A stretch of DNA of 64,000 nucleotides from a virus (taxonomy: Duplodnaviria; Heunggongvirae; Uroviricota; Caudoviricetes). The notes below the pieces were generated by a model. That model worked only from the letters and a program-made list of their open reading frames with translations. It had not been told where the DNA came from and did not search any database. Each line of letters opens with the position of its first letter. The first letter of the stretch is position 1. Both the position numbers and the translations under genes were made by a program. Shown in pieces: positions 46,977 through 58,968 of this stretch. The stretch is taken from IMG/VR virus record IMGVR_UViG_2875703104_000004; one strand, 5' to 3'.

Positions 46977-49900
46977 ATGGCGACGTTACGTGAACTGATT
47001 ATCAAAATTTCGGCAAATTCGCAGTCATTCCAGTCGGAGATCCAGCGGGCTTCCCGCATGGGCAGTGAATATTATCGGACCCTGCAGAATGGCGGGCGTC
47101 AGGCTGCCGCAGTCGCCCGGGAGCAGCGACGCGCCCTGGCTGAGCTGAACAGCCAGTTGACGGAAATCCGCGCTTCAGCTGCCGGAACGGCGGGGGCATT
47201 TGCCGGTGCCTTTGCCACCGGGCACCTGATTTCTCTGGCCGATGAATGGAGTTCCGTGAATGCCCGACTGAAACAGGCGTCGCAGTCATCCGATGAATTT
47301 TCGTCATCACAGAAAGTGCTGATGGATATCAGCCAGCGGACGGGCACGGCATTTTCAGATAATGCGGCCCTGTTTGCCCGCTCGGCAGCCTCAATGCGTG
47401 AATATGGTTACAGTGCTGATGATGTGCTGAAGGTGACGGAGGCCATTTCGACAGGACTGAAACTGTCAGGGGCTGGAGTTGCGGAATCCGGTTCGGTGAT
47501 CACCCAGTTCAGCCAGGCACTGGCACAGGGTGTACTGCGTGGCGAAGAATTTAATGCTGTTAACGAAAATGGCGACCGGGTGATCCGCGCGCTTGCTGCG
47601 GGGATGGGTGTGGCCCGTAAAGATCTGAAGGCAATGGCGGATGACGGAAAACTGACAGCGGATAAAGTGGTCCCTGCGTTAATCAGCCAGCTGGGGATAT
47701 TACGTGATGAATATGCGGCCATGCCGGAAACGGTTTCCGGTAGTATCACGAAGGTGGAAAACGCCTTTATGGCCTGGGTGGGCGGTGTGAATGAAGCCAG
47801 CGGCTCGACGAAAACGCTCTCCGGCGTGCTGAATGGTGTGGCCGGACATATTGATGCAGTGGCAACAGCAGCGGGGGCGCTGGTTGCCGTCGGGGTTGCC
47901 CGGTACTTTGGCAATATGGCCTCCGGAGCGGTGTCTGCCACGGCAGGACTTGTGACGGCAGCACGTAATGAAGTGGCACTGGCGGAAGCACAGCTCAGGG
48001 GGACGCAGATTGCCACGGCGCGGGCAAGGGCAGCCGTGTACCGTGCACAGCAGGCTGTGGCGGCAGCCCGCGGGACGGAGATGCAGATTGCTGCAGAAGC
48101 CCGTCTGGCGGCCACACAGGAACGCCTGAACAGAAATATTGCTGCCAGAACCGCAGCCCAGAATGCGCTGAACAGTACAACGGCGGTGGGTTCACGTCTG
48201 ATGACTGGTGCGTTGGGACTGGTTGGTGGCGTACCCGGACTGGTGATGCTGGGGGCAGCAGCATGGTATACGCTGTACCAGAATCAGGAGCAGGCCAGGG
48301 AGTCAGCGCGCCAGTATGCACTGACGATAGATGAAATCGCGCATAAAACGCCGTCAATGTCTTTGCCTGAAGCCTCAGATAATGAAGGACGAACACGGGC
48401 GGCGCTGACAGAGCAGAACCGGCTGATTGATGAACAGGCCAGCCGGGTGAAATCCCTGCAGGAAAAAATCGCTGGATATCAGTATGTTCTGGCTAACCCT
48501 GGCTGGACAACCGGTGACGGATTCATGATAAACCATCTGACATCGGTGAAGACCGTAACGGAAGGGCTTTCTCAGGCAACAGAGCAGCTTGCCGTTGAGC
48601 AGTCCCGTCTGGCACAGATGCAGGAAAAAGCGCAGTCCATTCAGGATGTGCTTGCCGGGCTGGAAGACCGTCGTGTGGCGTTAATTCGTCAGCAGGCGGC
48701 AGAGCAGAATAAGGTGTACCAGTCCATGCTGGTTATGAACGGTCAGCATACGGAATTCAACCGTCTGCTGGGGCTGGGGAATGAACTGCTTCAGCAGCGG
48801 CAGGGACTGGTGAATGTGCCGTTACGGCTGCCACAGACCACTCTGGATAATAAACAGCAGAGCGCCCTGACAAAAACAGAGCGTGAGCTGGCCCTGTCCA
48901 GACTGAAAGGGGAAGAAAAAGAGCGTGCCCGGCTGGGGTATGCGGCCGATGACCTCGGTTTTGTGGGGGATTCGTATCAGGAGGCGAGACAGCGTTATAT
49001 CAGTAATGCTCTGGAAGCCTGGCGTAATAACGAGGCGAACAAACCTAAATCCCGGGGTGGAAAATCAGAGACGGAAAAAGCGGAAGACAGTTTTTCCCGG
49101 CTACTGAAACAGCAGAAAGAGCAACTGGCACTGGCGGGTCAGAATACAGAACTGGCGAAGCTGAAGTACCAGACTGCGCAGGGAGAACTGAAAACCCTGA
49201 CGGAGATGCAGAAGCAGGAACTGCTGCGTAACGCGGCCCTGATTGACCAGCAAAAAATCCGGGAACAGTTGCGATCCCGGGAAGAGACCCTGAAGAATGA
49301 TAATGTGGCTGCGCGTGCATCAAATGAAGCCGAACTGCTGGGGTACGGGCAGGGAGAACGAGCCAGGGAACGCATGCGGGAGTTGCAGCAGATCCGCGAC
49401 AGCTTCCGCCAGAAGGATGCGGACCTTCAGTCTCAGTATCAGACCGGGGATATCAGTGAGGATTTTTACAGACAGGCACGGGCACAGAACGCGCAGTATC
49501 TGAGCGAACGCCTTAAGGACCAGGCAGCCTTTTATGCCGAATCGGATGCGCAGCGTGCGGACTGGCAGAAAGGCTTGCAGGAGGGGCTCAGTAACTGGGT
49601 GGACAATGCATCCGATTACGCCTCTCAGGCAGCACAGCTGGCAACGGAGGGGATTTCAGGACTGGTGAATAACATCACGGAGATGCTGAACGGAAACAAA
49701 GTGGAATGGCGCAACTGGGCCTCATCCGTACTGCAGGAAATCTCAAAAGTTCTTATGAATGCCGCGATTGTCAACGGAATTAAGACGGCGGCAAACGGTA
49801 TGTCCGGTGCGGGAGGATTTATTGGCAGCATTGGTGACTGGCTGGGCGGTGCGGTGGCCAATGCAAAAGGCGGCGTGTATACCTCGGCAAACCTGAGTGC

Positions 49901-50219
49901 GTACAGCAACAGCATTGTGGACACGCCCACGTACTTTGCGTTTGCAAAAGGGGCCGGGCTGATGGGGGAAGCCGGACCTGAAGCCATTATGCCCCTGACC
50001 CGGGCGGCGGATGGCTCGCTGGGCGTACGCGCGGTGGGCAGTATGAACGGCAGTGCCGGTCTGGTGTATTCCCCGGTCTACCACATCGCCATTCAGAATG
50101 ACGGGGCTAACGGACAGATAGGGCCGGAGGCGGCAGGCAGTCTTGTGCAGCTGATTGACCAGCGGGTGCAGGCGGTGATGCTGTCCATGCGACGTGACGG
50201 AGGAATGCTGAGTGGCTGA
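46977..50219 (+). CDS. tail tape measure protein
   Basis: 1080-aa ORF, Ala/Gln-rich and coiled-coil-like; located between chaperone genes and M. Confidence 0.85.
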   Translation: MATLRELIIKISANSQSFQSEIQRASRMGSEYYRTLQNGGRQAAAVAREQRRALAELNSQLTEIRASAAGTAGAFAGAFATGHLISLADEWSSVNARLKQASQSSDEFSSSQKVLMDISQRTGTAFSDNAALFARSAASMREYGYSADDVLKVTEAISTGLKLSGAGVAESGSVITQFSQALAQGVLRGEEFNAVNENGDRVIRALAAGMGVARKDLKAMADDGKLTADKVVPALISQLGILRDEYAAMPETVSGSITKVENAFMAWVGGVNEASGSTKTLSGVLNGVAGHIDAVATAAGALVAVGVARYFGNMASGAVSATAGLVTAARNEVALAEAQLRGTQIATARARAAVYRAQQAVAAARGTEMQIAAEARLAATQERLNRNIAARTAAQNALNSTTAVGSRLMTGALGLVGGVPGLVMLGAAAWYTLYQNQEQARESARQYALTIDEIAHKTPSMSLPEASDNEGRTRAALTEQNRLIDEQASRVKSLQEKIAGYQYVLANPGWTTGDGFMINHLTSVKTVTEGLSQATEQLAVEQSRLAQMQEKAQSIQDVLAGLEDRRVALIRQQAAEQNKVYQSMLVMNGQHTEFNRLLGLGNELLQQRQGLVNVPLRLPQTTLDNKQQSALTKTERELALSRLKGEEKERARLGYAADDLGFVGDSYQEARQRYISNALEAWRNNEANKPKSRGGKSETEKAEDSFSRLLKQQKEQLALAGQNTELAKLKYQTAQGELKTLTEMQKQELLRNAALIDQQKIREQLRSREETLKNDNVAARASNEAELLGYGQGERARERMRELQQIRDSFRQKDADLQSQYQTGDISEDFYRQARAQNAQYLSERLKDQAAFYAESDAQRADWQKGLQEGLSNWVDNASDYASQAAQLATEGISGLVNNITEMLNGNKVEWRNWASSVLQEISKVLMNAAIVNGIKTAANGMSGAGGFIGSIGDWLGGAVANAKGGVYTSANLSAYSNSIVDTPTYFAFAKGAGLMGEAGPEAIMPLTRAADGSLGVRAVGSMNGSAGLVYSPVYHIAIQNDGANGQIGPEAAGSLVQLIDQRVQAVMLSMRRDGGMLSG

Positions 50220-50553
50220 GATAAAAACGCTGCATCTGGTCCCGCGTGAAGGGATGCAGGTGAGTGAGAAACCGTCGGTGGTGAGGGTTCGGTTTGGTGA
50301 CGGTTATGAACAGCGCCGACCGACGGGACTTAATGCCAGACTGAAGACGTTTCAGGCGGTGTTCCGGGTGACGGATGAACCAACCCGGCGCTGGCTGGAT
50401 GAATTTTTATCCTGGCATGGTGGTTACCGTGCCTTTTTGTGGCGACCGCCGAAACATAACCGGACGGTGAGGGTGGTATGCCGGGAGTGGAGCGTCACAG
50501 ATAACGCCAGGTACAGTGATTTCAGTTGTACGATTGAGCAGGTGGTGAACTGA
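50212..50553 (+). CDS. M: minor tail protein M
   Basis: 113-aa ORF with FGDGYEQR, LNA.LKT and GGY.AFLW as in the other M copies. Confidence 0.8.
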   Translation: MAEIKTLHLVPREGMQVSEKPSVVRVRFGDGYEQRRPTGLNARLKTFQAVFRVTDEPTRRWLDEFLSWHGGYRAFLWRPPKHNRTVRVVCREWSVTDNARYSDFSCTIEQVVN

Positions 50554-51408
50554 TGCAGGATATTCACGAAGAAAGTCTGAACGAGTCGGTTAAATCAGAG
50601 CAGTCACCGCGGGTGGTACTCTGGGAAATCGACCTGACGGTACAGGGCGGTGAGCGGTATTTTTTCTGTAATGAGCTGAATGAAAAAGGGGAGCCGGTCA
50701 CCTGGCAGGGGCGTAAGTATGAGGCATACCCGATTGACGGCAGCGGCTTTGAGATGAACGGCCGGGGCAGCAGTGCCAGACCGTCGCTGACGGTGTCCAA
50801 TCNGTGGTGAGCGGTATTTTTTCTGTAATGAGCTGAATGAAAAAGGGGAGCCGGTCACCTGGCAGGGGCGTAAGTATGAGGCATACCCGATTGACGGCAG
50901 CGGCTTTGAGATGAACGGCCGGGGCAGCAGTGCCAGACCGTCGCTGACGGTGTCCAATCTGTTCGGTCTGGTCACCGGGATGGCGGAAGACCTGCAGAGT
51001 CTGGTGGGGGCCACGGTGGTCCGCCGCCGGGTGTATGCCCGTTTTCTGGATGCGGTGAATTTCGTTGCGGGCAATCCGGAGGCGGACCCGGAGCAGGAGC
51101 TGAGTGACCGCTGGGTGGTGGAGCAGATGTCGCAGCTGACAGCCATGACGGCCTCGTTTGTGCTGGCTACACCGACCGAGACGGACGGGGCGCTGTTTCC
51201 CGGTCGCATCATGCTGGCGAACACCTGTATGTGGGATTACCGGGGAGATGAATGCGGGTATAACGGTCCTGCGGTGGCGGATGAGTTCGATAAACCCACC
51301 ACGGATATCCGTAAGGACAGATGCAGCAAGTGCATGCGCGGGTGTGAACTGCGCAGGAATGTCGGCAATTTTGGCGGTTTCCTTTCCATTAATAAACTTT
51401 CGCAGTAA
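50553..51408 (+). CDS. L: minor tail protein L (contains a redundant block around n 50803)
   Basis: L N-terminus to about codon 84, n at 50803, then L restarts from about codon 33 and runs to the LSINKLSQ stop at 51408. Confidence 0.7.
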
Positions 51409-52576
51409 ATCCCGGTTTATGACACAGACTGAATCAGCGATTCTGGCGCATGCCCGGCGGTGTGTGCCTGCGGAGTCGTGCGGCTTAGTGGTGAGAACGC
51501 CGGAGGGGGAGCGGTATATCCCTTGTGTGAATATCTNCCAATCTGTTCGGTCTGGTCACCGGGATGGCGGAAGACCTGCAGAGTCTGGTGGGGGCCACGG
51601 TGGTCCGCCGCCGGGTGTATGCCCGTTTTCTGGATGCGGTGAATTTCGTTGCGGGCAATCCGGAGGCGGACCCGGAGCAGGAGCTGAGTGACCGCTGGGT
51701 GGTGGAGCAGATGTCGCAGCTGACAGCCATGACGGCCTCGTTTGTGCTGGCCACACCGACCGAGACGGACGGGGCGCTGTTTCCCGGTCGTATCATGCTG
51801 GCGAACACCTGTATGTGGACCTACCGCTCTGATGAGTGTGGTTACACGGGCGGGGCAGTGGCGGATGAGTTCGATAAACCCACCACGGATATCCGTAAGG
51901 ACAGATGCAGCAAGTGCATGCGCGGGTGTGAACTGCGCAGGAATGTCGGCAATTTTGGCGGTTTCCTTTCCATTAATAAACTTTCGCAGTAAATCCCGGT
52001 TTATGACACAGACTGAATCAGCGATTCTGGCGCATGCCCGGCGGTGTGTGCCTGCGGAGTCGTGCGGCTTNCTTTGAGATGAACGGCCGGGGCAGCAGTG
52101 CCAGACCGTCGCTGACGGTGTCCAATCTGTTCGGTCTGGTCACCGGGATGGCGGAAGACCTGCAGAGTCTGGTGGGGGCCACGGTGGTCCGCCGCCGGGT
52201 GTATGCCCGTTTTCTGGATGCGGTGAATTTCGTTGCGGGCAATCCGGAGGCGGACCCGGAGCAGGAGCTGAGTGACCGCTGGGTGGTGGAGCAGATGTCG
52301 CAGCTGACAGCCATGACGGCCTCGTTTGTGCTGGCTACACCGACCGAGACGGACGGGGCGCTGTTTCCCGGTCGCATCATGCTGGCGAACACCTGTATGT
52401 GGGATTACCGGGGAGATGAATGCGGGTATAACGGTCCTGCGGTGGCGGATGAGTTCGATAAACCCACCACGGATATCCGTAAGGACAGATGCAGCAAGTG
52501 CATGCGCGGGTGTGAACTGCGCAGGAATGTCGGCAATTTTGGCGGTTTCCTTTCCATTAATAAACTTTCGCAGTAA
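51409..52576. repeat. two redundant 584-bp blocks, each K 5' end + n + L 3' part
   Basis: L stop codons at 51408, 51992 and 52576 (period 584 bp); n at 51539 and 52071 marks the jump from K sequence back into L. Confidence 0.8.
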
Positions 52577-52586
52577 ATCCCGGTTT

Positions 52587-53330
52587 ATGACACAGACTGA
52601 ATCAGCGATTCTGGCGCATGCCCGGCGGTGTGTGCCTGCGGAGTCGTGCGGCTTAGTGGTGAGAACGCCGGAGGGGGAGCGGTATATCCCTTGTGTGAAT
52701 ATCTCTGCAGAGCCGGAGGCGTATTTTCGTATTGCACCGGAAGACTGGCTGCGGGCAGAGATGCAGGGGGAGATTGTGGCACTGGTCCACAGTCATCCCG
52801 GTGGGCTGCCCTGGCTGAGCGAGGCTGACCGGCGGCTGCAGATAAAAAGCGCACTGCCCTGGTGGCTGGTCTGCCGGGGTGACATTCACAAATTCCGCTG
52901 CGTGCCGCACCTGACGGGACGGCGCTTTGAGCACGGGGTGACGGACTGTTACACCCTGTTCCGGGATGCATACCATCTGGCGGGGACTGAAATGCCGGAT
53001 TTTCATCGCGAGGATGACTGGTGGCGCAACGGTCAGAACCTTTACCTGGACAATATGGCGGTCACCGGCTTTTACCGGGTGCCCCTGTCCTCTGCACAGG
53101 CGGGCGATATTCTGCTGTGCTGCTTTGGTGCTTCGGTACCGAACCATGCCGCCATTTACTGCGGCAACGGTGAGCTGCTTCACCATCTGCCTGAACAACT
53201 GAGTAAACGGGAGAGGTATTCCGAAAAATGGCAACGACGAACGCATTCTGTCTGGCGTCACCGCCACTGGCACGCATCTGCCTTCACGGGGATTTGCAAC
53301 GATTTGGCCGCCGCCTCAGCCTGTATGTGA
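52587..53330 (+). CDS. K: tail assembly protein K
   Basis: Starts MTQTESAILAHARRC..; HSHPGG motif; paralogue of 11084..11827. Confidence 0.85.
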   Translation: MTQTESAILAHARRCVPAESCGLVVRTPEGERYIPCVNISAEPEAYFRIAPEDWLRAEMQGEIVALVHSHPGGLPWLSEADRRLQIKSALPWWLVCRGDIHKFRCVPHLTGRRFEHGVTDCYTLFRDAYHLAGTEMPDFHREDDWWRNGQNLYLDNMAVTGFYRVPLSSAQAGDILLCCFGASVPNHAAIYCGNGELLHHLPEQLSKRERYSEKWQRRTHSVWRHRHWHASAFTGICNDLAAASACM

Positions 53331-53908
53331 ACACGGCAGCGGAAGCCATTCGCGCCCTGTCGATGCAGATGCCGGGCTTTCGCCGTCAGATGAACGAAGG
53401 CTGGTACCAGATACGTATTGCCGGTGATGACACGGCACCGGAGGCGGTGTATGCCCGTCTTCACGAACAGCTGGGTGAGGGAACGGTCATCCACATTGTG
53501 CCGCGACTGGCCGGGGCCGGAAAGGGTGGACTGCAGATTGTGCTGGGGGCGGCAGCCATCGTGGGCTCTTTCTTCACGGCCGGAGGCTCGATGGCGTTAT
53601 GGGGTACAGCCCTGAGTGCCGGTGGTTTTTCTGCCACCACGATGCTGTTTTCACTGGGTGCCAGCATGATACTGGGCGGAGTGGCCCAGATGCTGGCCCC
53701 GAAGGCAAAAACACCGGATTACCGCGCAACGGATAACGGCAGACAGAACACGTACTTTTCCTCGCTGGATAACATGATTGCCCAGGGGAACCCGATGCCG
53801 GTGCCTTACGGGGAAATGCTGGTTGGCTCCCGCCGTATATCCCAGGACATCAGTACCCGTGATGAAGGCGGGGGCGGAAAGGTCGTGGTTATCGGGCGGC
53901 AGGGGTAA
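53228..53908 (+). CDS. I: tail assembly protein I
   Basis: 226-aa ORF overlapping the 3' end of K; paralogue of 11725..12396. Confidence 0.75.
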   Translation: MATTNAFCLASPPLARICLHGDLQRFGRRLSLYVNTAAEAIRALSMQMPGFRRQMNEGWYQIRIAGDDTAPEAVYARLHEQLGEGTVIHIVPRLAGAGKGGLQIVLGAAAIVGSFFTAGGSMALWGTALSAGGFSATTMLFSLGASMILGGVAQMLAPKAKTPDYRATDNGRQNTYFSSLDNMIAQGNPMPVPYGEMLVGSRRISQDISTRDEGGGGKVVVIGRQG

Positions 53909-54251
53909 AAAGAATAAAAAAATCCCGCAGTGATCGCGGACAGGAACTGCGGGAGAGTTACGAAGATTAAGTGTAAGGAATTATTCTTATATCACGACAA
54001 AAAAATTAACGCAGAGAAATTATACGCGCCACAGTCAGTTTGTGAAAATGTGAAGATATTCAGAATTTTTATGCCATTACCGGTTTTAACCAACAGGATT
54101 ATCGGTGGGCATGAAAGAAAACCCCGGTATCTGCTGATACCGGGGTTTCTCTTTAGCATGGCAGAAATGTGTTTCATGCTTTTCGGGCGAAGGATATCCG
54201 ACTTCTGTACGGAATGGCAAGTGGCGGTTAATTTATTCAGGGGAAGGCTGT

Positions 54252-57200
54252 ATGGGAAAAGGTGGCGGTAAGGCACACACGCCTCGTGAGGCGAAGGATA
54301 ATCTCAAATCCACGCAGATGATGAGTGTGATTGATGCGATTGGTGAGGGACCGATAGAAGGTCCGGTGAAGGGACTGCAGAGTATTCTGGTGAACAAAAC
54401 CCCACTGACGGACACGGACGGCAATCCCGTGATACACGGTGTGACGGCGGTCTGGCGTGCCGGGGAGCAGGAGCAGACACCACCGGAAGGCTTTGAGTCC
54501 TCCGGAGCTGAAACCGGACTGGGTGTGGAAGTGACGAAGGCAAAGCCGGTGACGCGCACCATTACGTCCGCGAACATTGACCGCCTGCGGGTTACCTTCG
54601 GGGTGCAGTCACTGGTGCAGACCACGTCAAAGGGCGACCGTAACCCGGCATCCGTCCGCCTGCTGATTCAGTTACAGCGTAATGGCCGCTGGGTGACGGA
54701 AAAGGATGTCACCATTAACGGCAAGACCACCTCGCAGTTCCTGGCCTCGGTGATTCTGGATAATCTGCCGCCCCGGCCCTTTAACATCCGGATGGTCCGG
54801 GAGACGGCGGACAGCACCACGGACCAGTTGCAGAACAGAACGCTCTGGTCATCGTACACTGAAATCATCGATGTGAAACAGTGCTACCCGAACACGGCCA
54901 TTGTGGGGCTGCAGGTGGATGCGGAGCAGTTCGGCGGCCAGCAGATGACGGTGAACTACCATATCCGCGGTCGCATCATTCAGGTGCCGTCAAACTATGA
55001 CCCGGAAAAACGCACGTACAGTGGTATCTGGGACGGCAGTCTGAAACCGGCATACAGCAACAATCCGGCCTGGTGTCTGTGGGACATGCTGACTCACCCG
55101 CGCTACGGCATGGGAAAACGTCTGGGGGCGGCGGATGTGGACAAGTGGGCGCTGTATGCCATCGGGCAGTACTGCGACCAGACGGTCCCGGATGGTTTCG
55201 GGGGGACCGAGCCGCGGATGACCTTTAATGCGTACCTGGCACAACAGCGTAAGGCGTGGGACGTTCTCAGTGATTTCTGCTCTGCGATGCGCTGTATGCC
55301 GGTATGGAACGGTCAGACGCTGACGTTCGTTCAGGACCGCCCGTCGGATGTGGTGTGGCCGTACACCAACAGCGATGTGGTGGTGGATGATAACGGCGTG
55401 GGATTCCGCTACAGCTTCAGTGCCCTGAAGGACCGGCACACGGCGGTGGAGGTGAATTACACCGACCCGCAGAACGGCTGGCAGACATCCACGGAACTGG
55501 TGGAAGACCCGGAAGCCATACTGCGCTACGGACGCAACCTGCTGAAGATGGACGCGTTCGGCTGTACCAGCCGCGGTCAGGCCCACCGTGCCGGGCTGTG
55601 GGTGATAAAGACCGAACTGCTGGAAACGCAGACGGTGGATTTCACGCTCGGGTCTCAGGGGCTGCGGCACACACCCGGTGACATCATTGAAATCTGTGAT
55701 AACGACTATGCCGGGACCCTGACCGGCGGACGTGTCCTGTCCATTGATGCTGCCACCCGCACCCTGACGCTGGACCGTGAAGTGACACTGCCGGAGACCG
55801 GTGCCGCCACGGTGAACCTGATTAACGGCAGTGGTAAGCCGGTGAGTGTGGACATCACCGAACACCCCGCGCCGGACCGGATACAGGTCAGTACCCTGCC
55901 TGATGGTGTGGAGACATACGGGGTGTGGGGACTCTCCCTGCCGTCACTGCGCCGTCGCCTGTTCCGCTGTGTCTCCGTCCGGGAAAACACGGACGGCACC
56001 TTTGCCATCACGGCGGTGCAGCACGTACCGGAAAAAGAAGCCATCGTGGATAACGGTGCCCGCTTTGAGCCGCAGTCAGGTTCCCTGAACAGCGTCATCC
56101 CACCGGCAGTGCAGCACCTGACGGTGGAGGTGAGCGCAGCTGACGGCCAGTATCTGGCGCAGGCGAAATGGGACACGCCGCGGGTGGTGAAGGGTGTGCG
56201 CTTCAGTCTGCGCCTGACCAGTGGTAAGGGAGCGGATGCCAGACTGGTGACCACCGCCATCACTGCCGATACGGAGCACCGTTTCAGTGGCCTGCCACTG
56301 GGGGAATACACCCTGACGGTCAGGGCGATTAACAGTTATGGCCAGCAGGGCGAACCGGCCACCACCACCTTCCGGATTAACGCGCCAGCAAAACCCGCCA
56401 CCATTGAACTGACGCCGGGGTATTTTCAGATAACGGCGGTCCCGCGTCTTGCGGTGTATGACCCGACGGTACAGTTTGAATTCTGGTTCTCAGAAAAACG
56501 CATCACGAACACAGCACAGGTGGNAAAATCTGCCCGTTATCTGGGGACCGGCAGTCAGTGGACTGTCCAGGGGAGCCGGATTAAGCCGGGGACGGATTTC
56601 TGGTTTTACGTGCGAAGCGTCAACCTGGTGGGAAAATCTGCTTTTGTGGAAGCCAGCGGGCAGCCCAGCAATGATGGTGAAGGGTATCTGGAAATTTTCC
56701 GGGGGCTGATAGATGAGACGCTTCTGGGCCAGGCACTGAAAGAGCGCATTGATGCTTCAGCGCTGCGTACGGAGGTCACGCAACTGGAAGAAGATATCCG
56801 TCAGCGGATGGACACGGATATCGCAGAAGTGACCCGGAAAATCGGGAAGGCGGAAAACAGCCTCACGCAGCTGGTTGCGAAAAAGAATGAGGACCAGACA
56901 CTGGCCATCGCGCAGGTGAGCCAGAAAGTGGACCGGGTGAGCAGTGAAATCTCACAGACTGTCAGCCAGGGGCAGTCAGAAAACGCCCGACAGATAGCAC
57001 AGGTCCGCCAGTACGTGGATAAAAAAGGGAGTGAAATTACCTCGACCACGGATAAAAAGCTGGGTGACCAGGCCGTGACCATACAGCAAATCCAGCGGGT
57101 TCAGTCAGACACGCGCAATGAGCTGAATGCCATGTATATGCTGAAGGTGCAGAAAACAAAAAACGGTATTCCCTATGTGGCCGGGATTGGCGCGGGGATT

Positions 57201-57944
57201 GAGGATGTTGATGGTCAGACCCTGAGTAACATTCTGCTGCAGGCCGATCGCATTGCGATGATTACCCCGGAGAACGGCAACACCACGCCGCTGTTTGTGG
57301 CGCAGGGGAATCAGCTGTTCATGAACGACGTGTTCCTGAAGCGACTGTTTGCGGTGAGCATCACGTCATCCGGCAATCCTCCGACGTTTTCCCTGACGCC
57401 GGATGGCAGGCTGACAGCCCGCAATGCGGATATCAGTGGAGCCATCACGGCGAATACCGGCACGCTCAATAATGTCACCATTAACGAGAACTGTGTCATC
57501 AGAGGGAAACTGTCTGCAAACCAGATTGAAGGCGATCTCGTTAAAACAGTGGGTAAGGCTTTCCCCCGTGACTCCCGTGCACCGAAGCGTTGGCCATCAG
57601 GAACCATTACCGTCAGGGTTTATGACGATCAGCCGTTTAACCGGCAGATTGTTATTCCGGCGGTGGCTTTCAGCGGTGCCAGACATGAGCGGGAGAACAG
57701 CGATACTTATTCGTCATGCCGCCTGATAGTGAAGAAAAACGGTGCTGAAATTTATAACCGTACCGCGATGGATAATACGCTGGTTTACAGTGGTGTTATT
57801 GATATGCCTGCTGGTCGCGGCCACATGACGCTGGAGTTTTCTGTATCAGCATGGTGGGTAAATGGCTGGTATCCCACAGCAAGTATCAGCGATTTGCTGG
57901 TTGTTGTGATGAAGAAAGCCACTGCAGGCATCACGATTAGCTGA
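54252..57944 (+). CDS. J: tail tip / host specificity protein J (intact)
   Basis: 1230-aa ORF; N-terminal two-thirds collinear with 12457..15916, with a different central/C-terminal region. Confidence 0.9.
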   Translation: MGKGGGKAHTPREAKDNLKSTQMMSVIDAIGEGPIEGPVKGLQSILVNKTPLTDTDGNPVIHGVTAVWRAGEQEQTPPEGFESSGAETGLGVEVTKAKPVTRTITSANIDRLRVTFGVQSLVQTTSKGDRNPASVRLLIQLQRNGRWVTEKDVTINGKTTSQFLASVILDNLPPRPFNIRMVRETADSTTDQLQNRTLWSSYTEIIDVKQCYPNTAIVGLQVDAEQFGGQQMTVNYHIRGRIIQVPSNYDPEKRTYSGIWDGSLKPAYSNNPAWCLWDMLTHPRYGMGKRLGAADVDKWALYAIGQYCDQTVPDGFGGTEPRMTFNAYLAQQRKAWDVLSDFCSAMRCMPVWNGQTLTFVQDRPSDVVWPYTNSDVVVDDNGVGFRYSFSALKDRHTAVEVNYTDPQNGWQTSTELVEDPEAILRYGRNLLKMDAFGCTSRGQAHRAGLWVIKTELLETQTVDFTLGSQGLRHTPGDIIEICDNDYAGTLTGGRVLSIDAATRTLTLDREVTLPETGAATVNLINGSGKPVSVDITEHPAPDRIQVSTLPDGVETYGVWGLSLPSLRRRLFRCVSVRENTDGTFAITAVQHVPEKEAIVDNGARFEPQSGSLNSVIPPAVQHLTVEVSAADGQYLAQAKWDTPRVVKGVRFSLRLTSGKGADARLVTTAITADTEHRFSGLPLGEYTLTVRAINSYGQQGEPATTTFRINAPAKPATIELTPGYFQITAVPRLAVYDPTVQFEFWFSEKRITNTAQVXKSARYLGTGSQWTVQGSRIKPGTDFWFYVRSVNLVGKSAFVEASGQPSNDGEGYLEIFRGLIDETLLGQALKERIDASALRTEVTQLEEDIRQRMDTDIAEVTRKIGKAENSLTQLVAKKNEDQTLAIAQVSQKVDRVSSEISQTVSQGQSENARQIAQVRQYVDKKGSEITSTTDKKLGDQAVTIQQIQRVQSDTRNELNAMYMLKVQKTKNGIPYVAGIGAGIEDVDGQTLSNILLQADRIAMITPENGNTTPLFVAQGNQLFMNDVFLKRLFAVSITSSGNPPTFSLTPDGRLTARNADISGAITANTGTLNNVTINENCVIRGKLSANQIEGDLVKTVGKAFPRDSRAPKRWPSGTITVRVYDDQPFNRQIVIPAVAFSGARHERENSDTYSSCRLIVKKNGAEIYNRTAMDNTLVYSGVIDMPAGRGHMTLEFSVSAWWVNGWYPTASISDLLVVVMKKATAGITIS

Positions 57945-57962
57945 ATTTTATAACCCCAATAC

Positions 57963-57988
57963 GGGCGCCAGAAATGGCGCCTTTTTTA
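57963..57988 (+). terminator. rho-independent terminator downstream of J
   Basis: gggcgcc-agaaat-ggcgcc plus TTTTTT, identical to 15935-15960. Confidence 0.6.
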
Positions 57989-58011
57989 TTGCAGAAAAGC
58001 GAGAGGTAATT

Positions 58012-58483
58012 ATGCGTAAAGTTTGTGCAGCCATTTTGTCCGCAGCCATCTGTCTGTCCGTATCCGGTGCGCCTGCATGGGCGTCTGAACATCAGTCCAC
58101 ACTGAGCACAGGGTATCTTCATGCCCGTACGAACGCTCCCGGCAGCGATAATCTGAACGGGATTAACGTGAAATACCGTTATGAGTTTACGGACACGCTG
58201 GGGCTGGTGACGTCATTCAGTTATGCCAATGCCAAAGATGAGCAAAAAACGCATTACAGCGATACCCGCTGGCATGAAGATTCCGTGCGTAACCGCTGGT
58301 TCAGCGTCACGATGTGCTGACCGGAAGTGATGACGGTCGCCACAGCAATACGTCTCTGGCGTGGGGGGCTGGCGTGCAGTTTAACCCGACCGAATCCGTG
58401 GCCATTGATATTGCTTATGAAGGCTCCGGCAGTGGTGACTGGCGCACTGACGGTTTCATCGTGGGGGTCGGTTATAAATTCTG
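58012..58483 (+). pseudogene. lom: Ail/Lom-family outer membrane protein gene with internal deletion and frameshift
   Basis: MRKVCAAILSAAICLSVSGAPAWASEHQSTLSTGYLHARTN..; after ..RNRWFSV the frame jumps to the C-terminal ..LTGSDDGRHSNTSLAWGAGVQFNPTESVAIDIAYEGSGSGDWRTDGFIVGVGYKF. Confidence 0.75.
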
Positions 58484-58510
58484 ATTAGCCAGGTAACACA
58501 GTGTTATGAC

Positions 58511-58538
58511 AGCCCGCCGGTTCAGGCGGGCTTTTTTG
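58511..58538 (+). terminator. rho-independent terminator after lom
   Basis: agcccgcc-ggttca-ggcgggct plus TTTTTT. Confidence 0.6.
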
Positions 58539-58548
58539 TGGAGTGGAT

Positions 58549-58968
58549 ATGGCAGCAGTAAAAATCTCAGGTGTGCTGAAAGATGGTGCGGGAAAACCAA
58601 TACAGAACTGCACTATTCAGCTGAAGGCAAAGCGTAACAGCACCACGGTACTGGTGAACACGGTGGCCTCTGAAAATCCGGATGAAGCCGGGCGTTACAG
58701 CATGGATGTTGAGCATGGCCAGTACAGCGTCACCCTGCTGGTTGAAGGTTTTCCGCCTTCACATGCCGGGACCATTACCGTCTATGAAGGTTCCAGACCA
58801 GGTACGCTGAATGATTTTCTTGGCGCCATGACGGAAGATGATGTCATGCCGGAGGCACTGCGCCGTTTTGAGCTGATGGTGAATGAAGTGGCACGTCATG
58901 CCGGAGCATCATCACAGAGCGCAGCGGCAGCAAAGAAATCCGAAACTGCTGCGGCATCATCGAAGAAC
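58549..58968 (+). pseudogene. stf: side tail fibre N-terminal fragment, joined in frame to a lom fragment
   Basis: MAAVKISGVLKDGAGKPIQNCTIQLKAKRNSTT.. runs to ..AAASSKNA, then lom sequence GINVKYRYEF. Confidence 0.6.
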
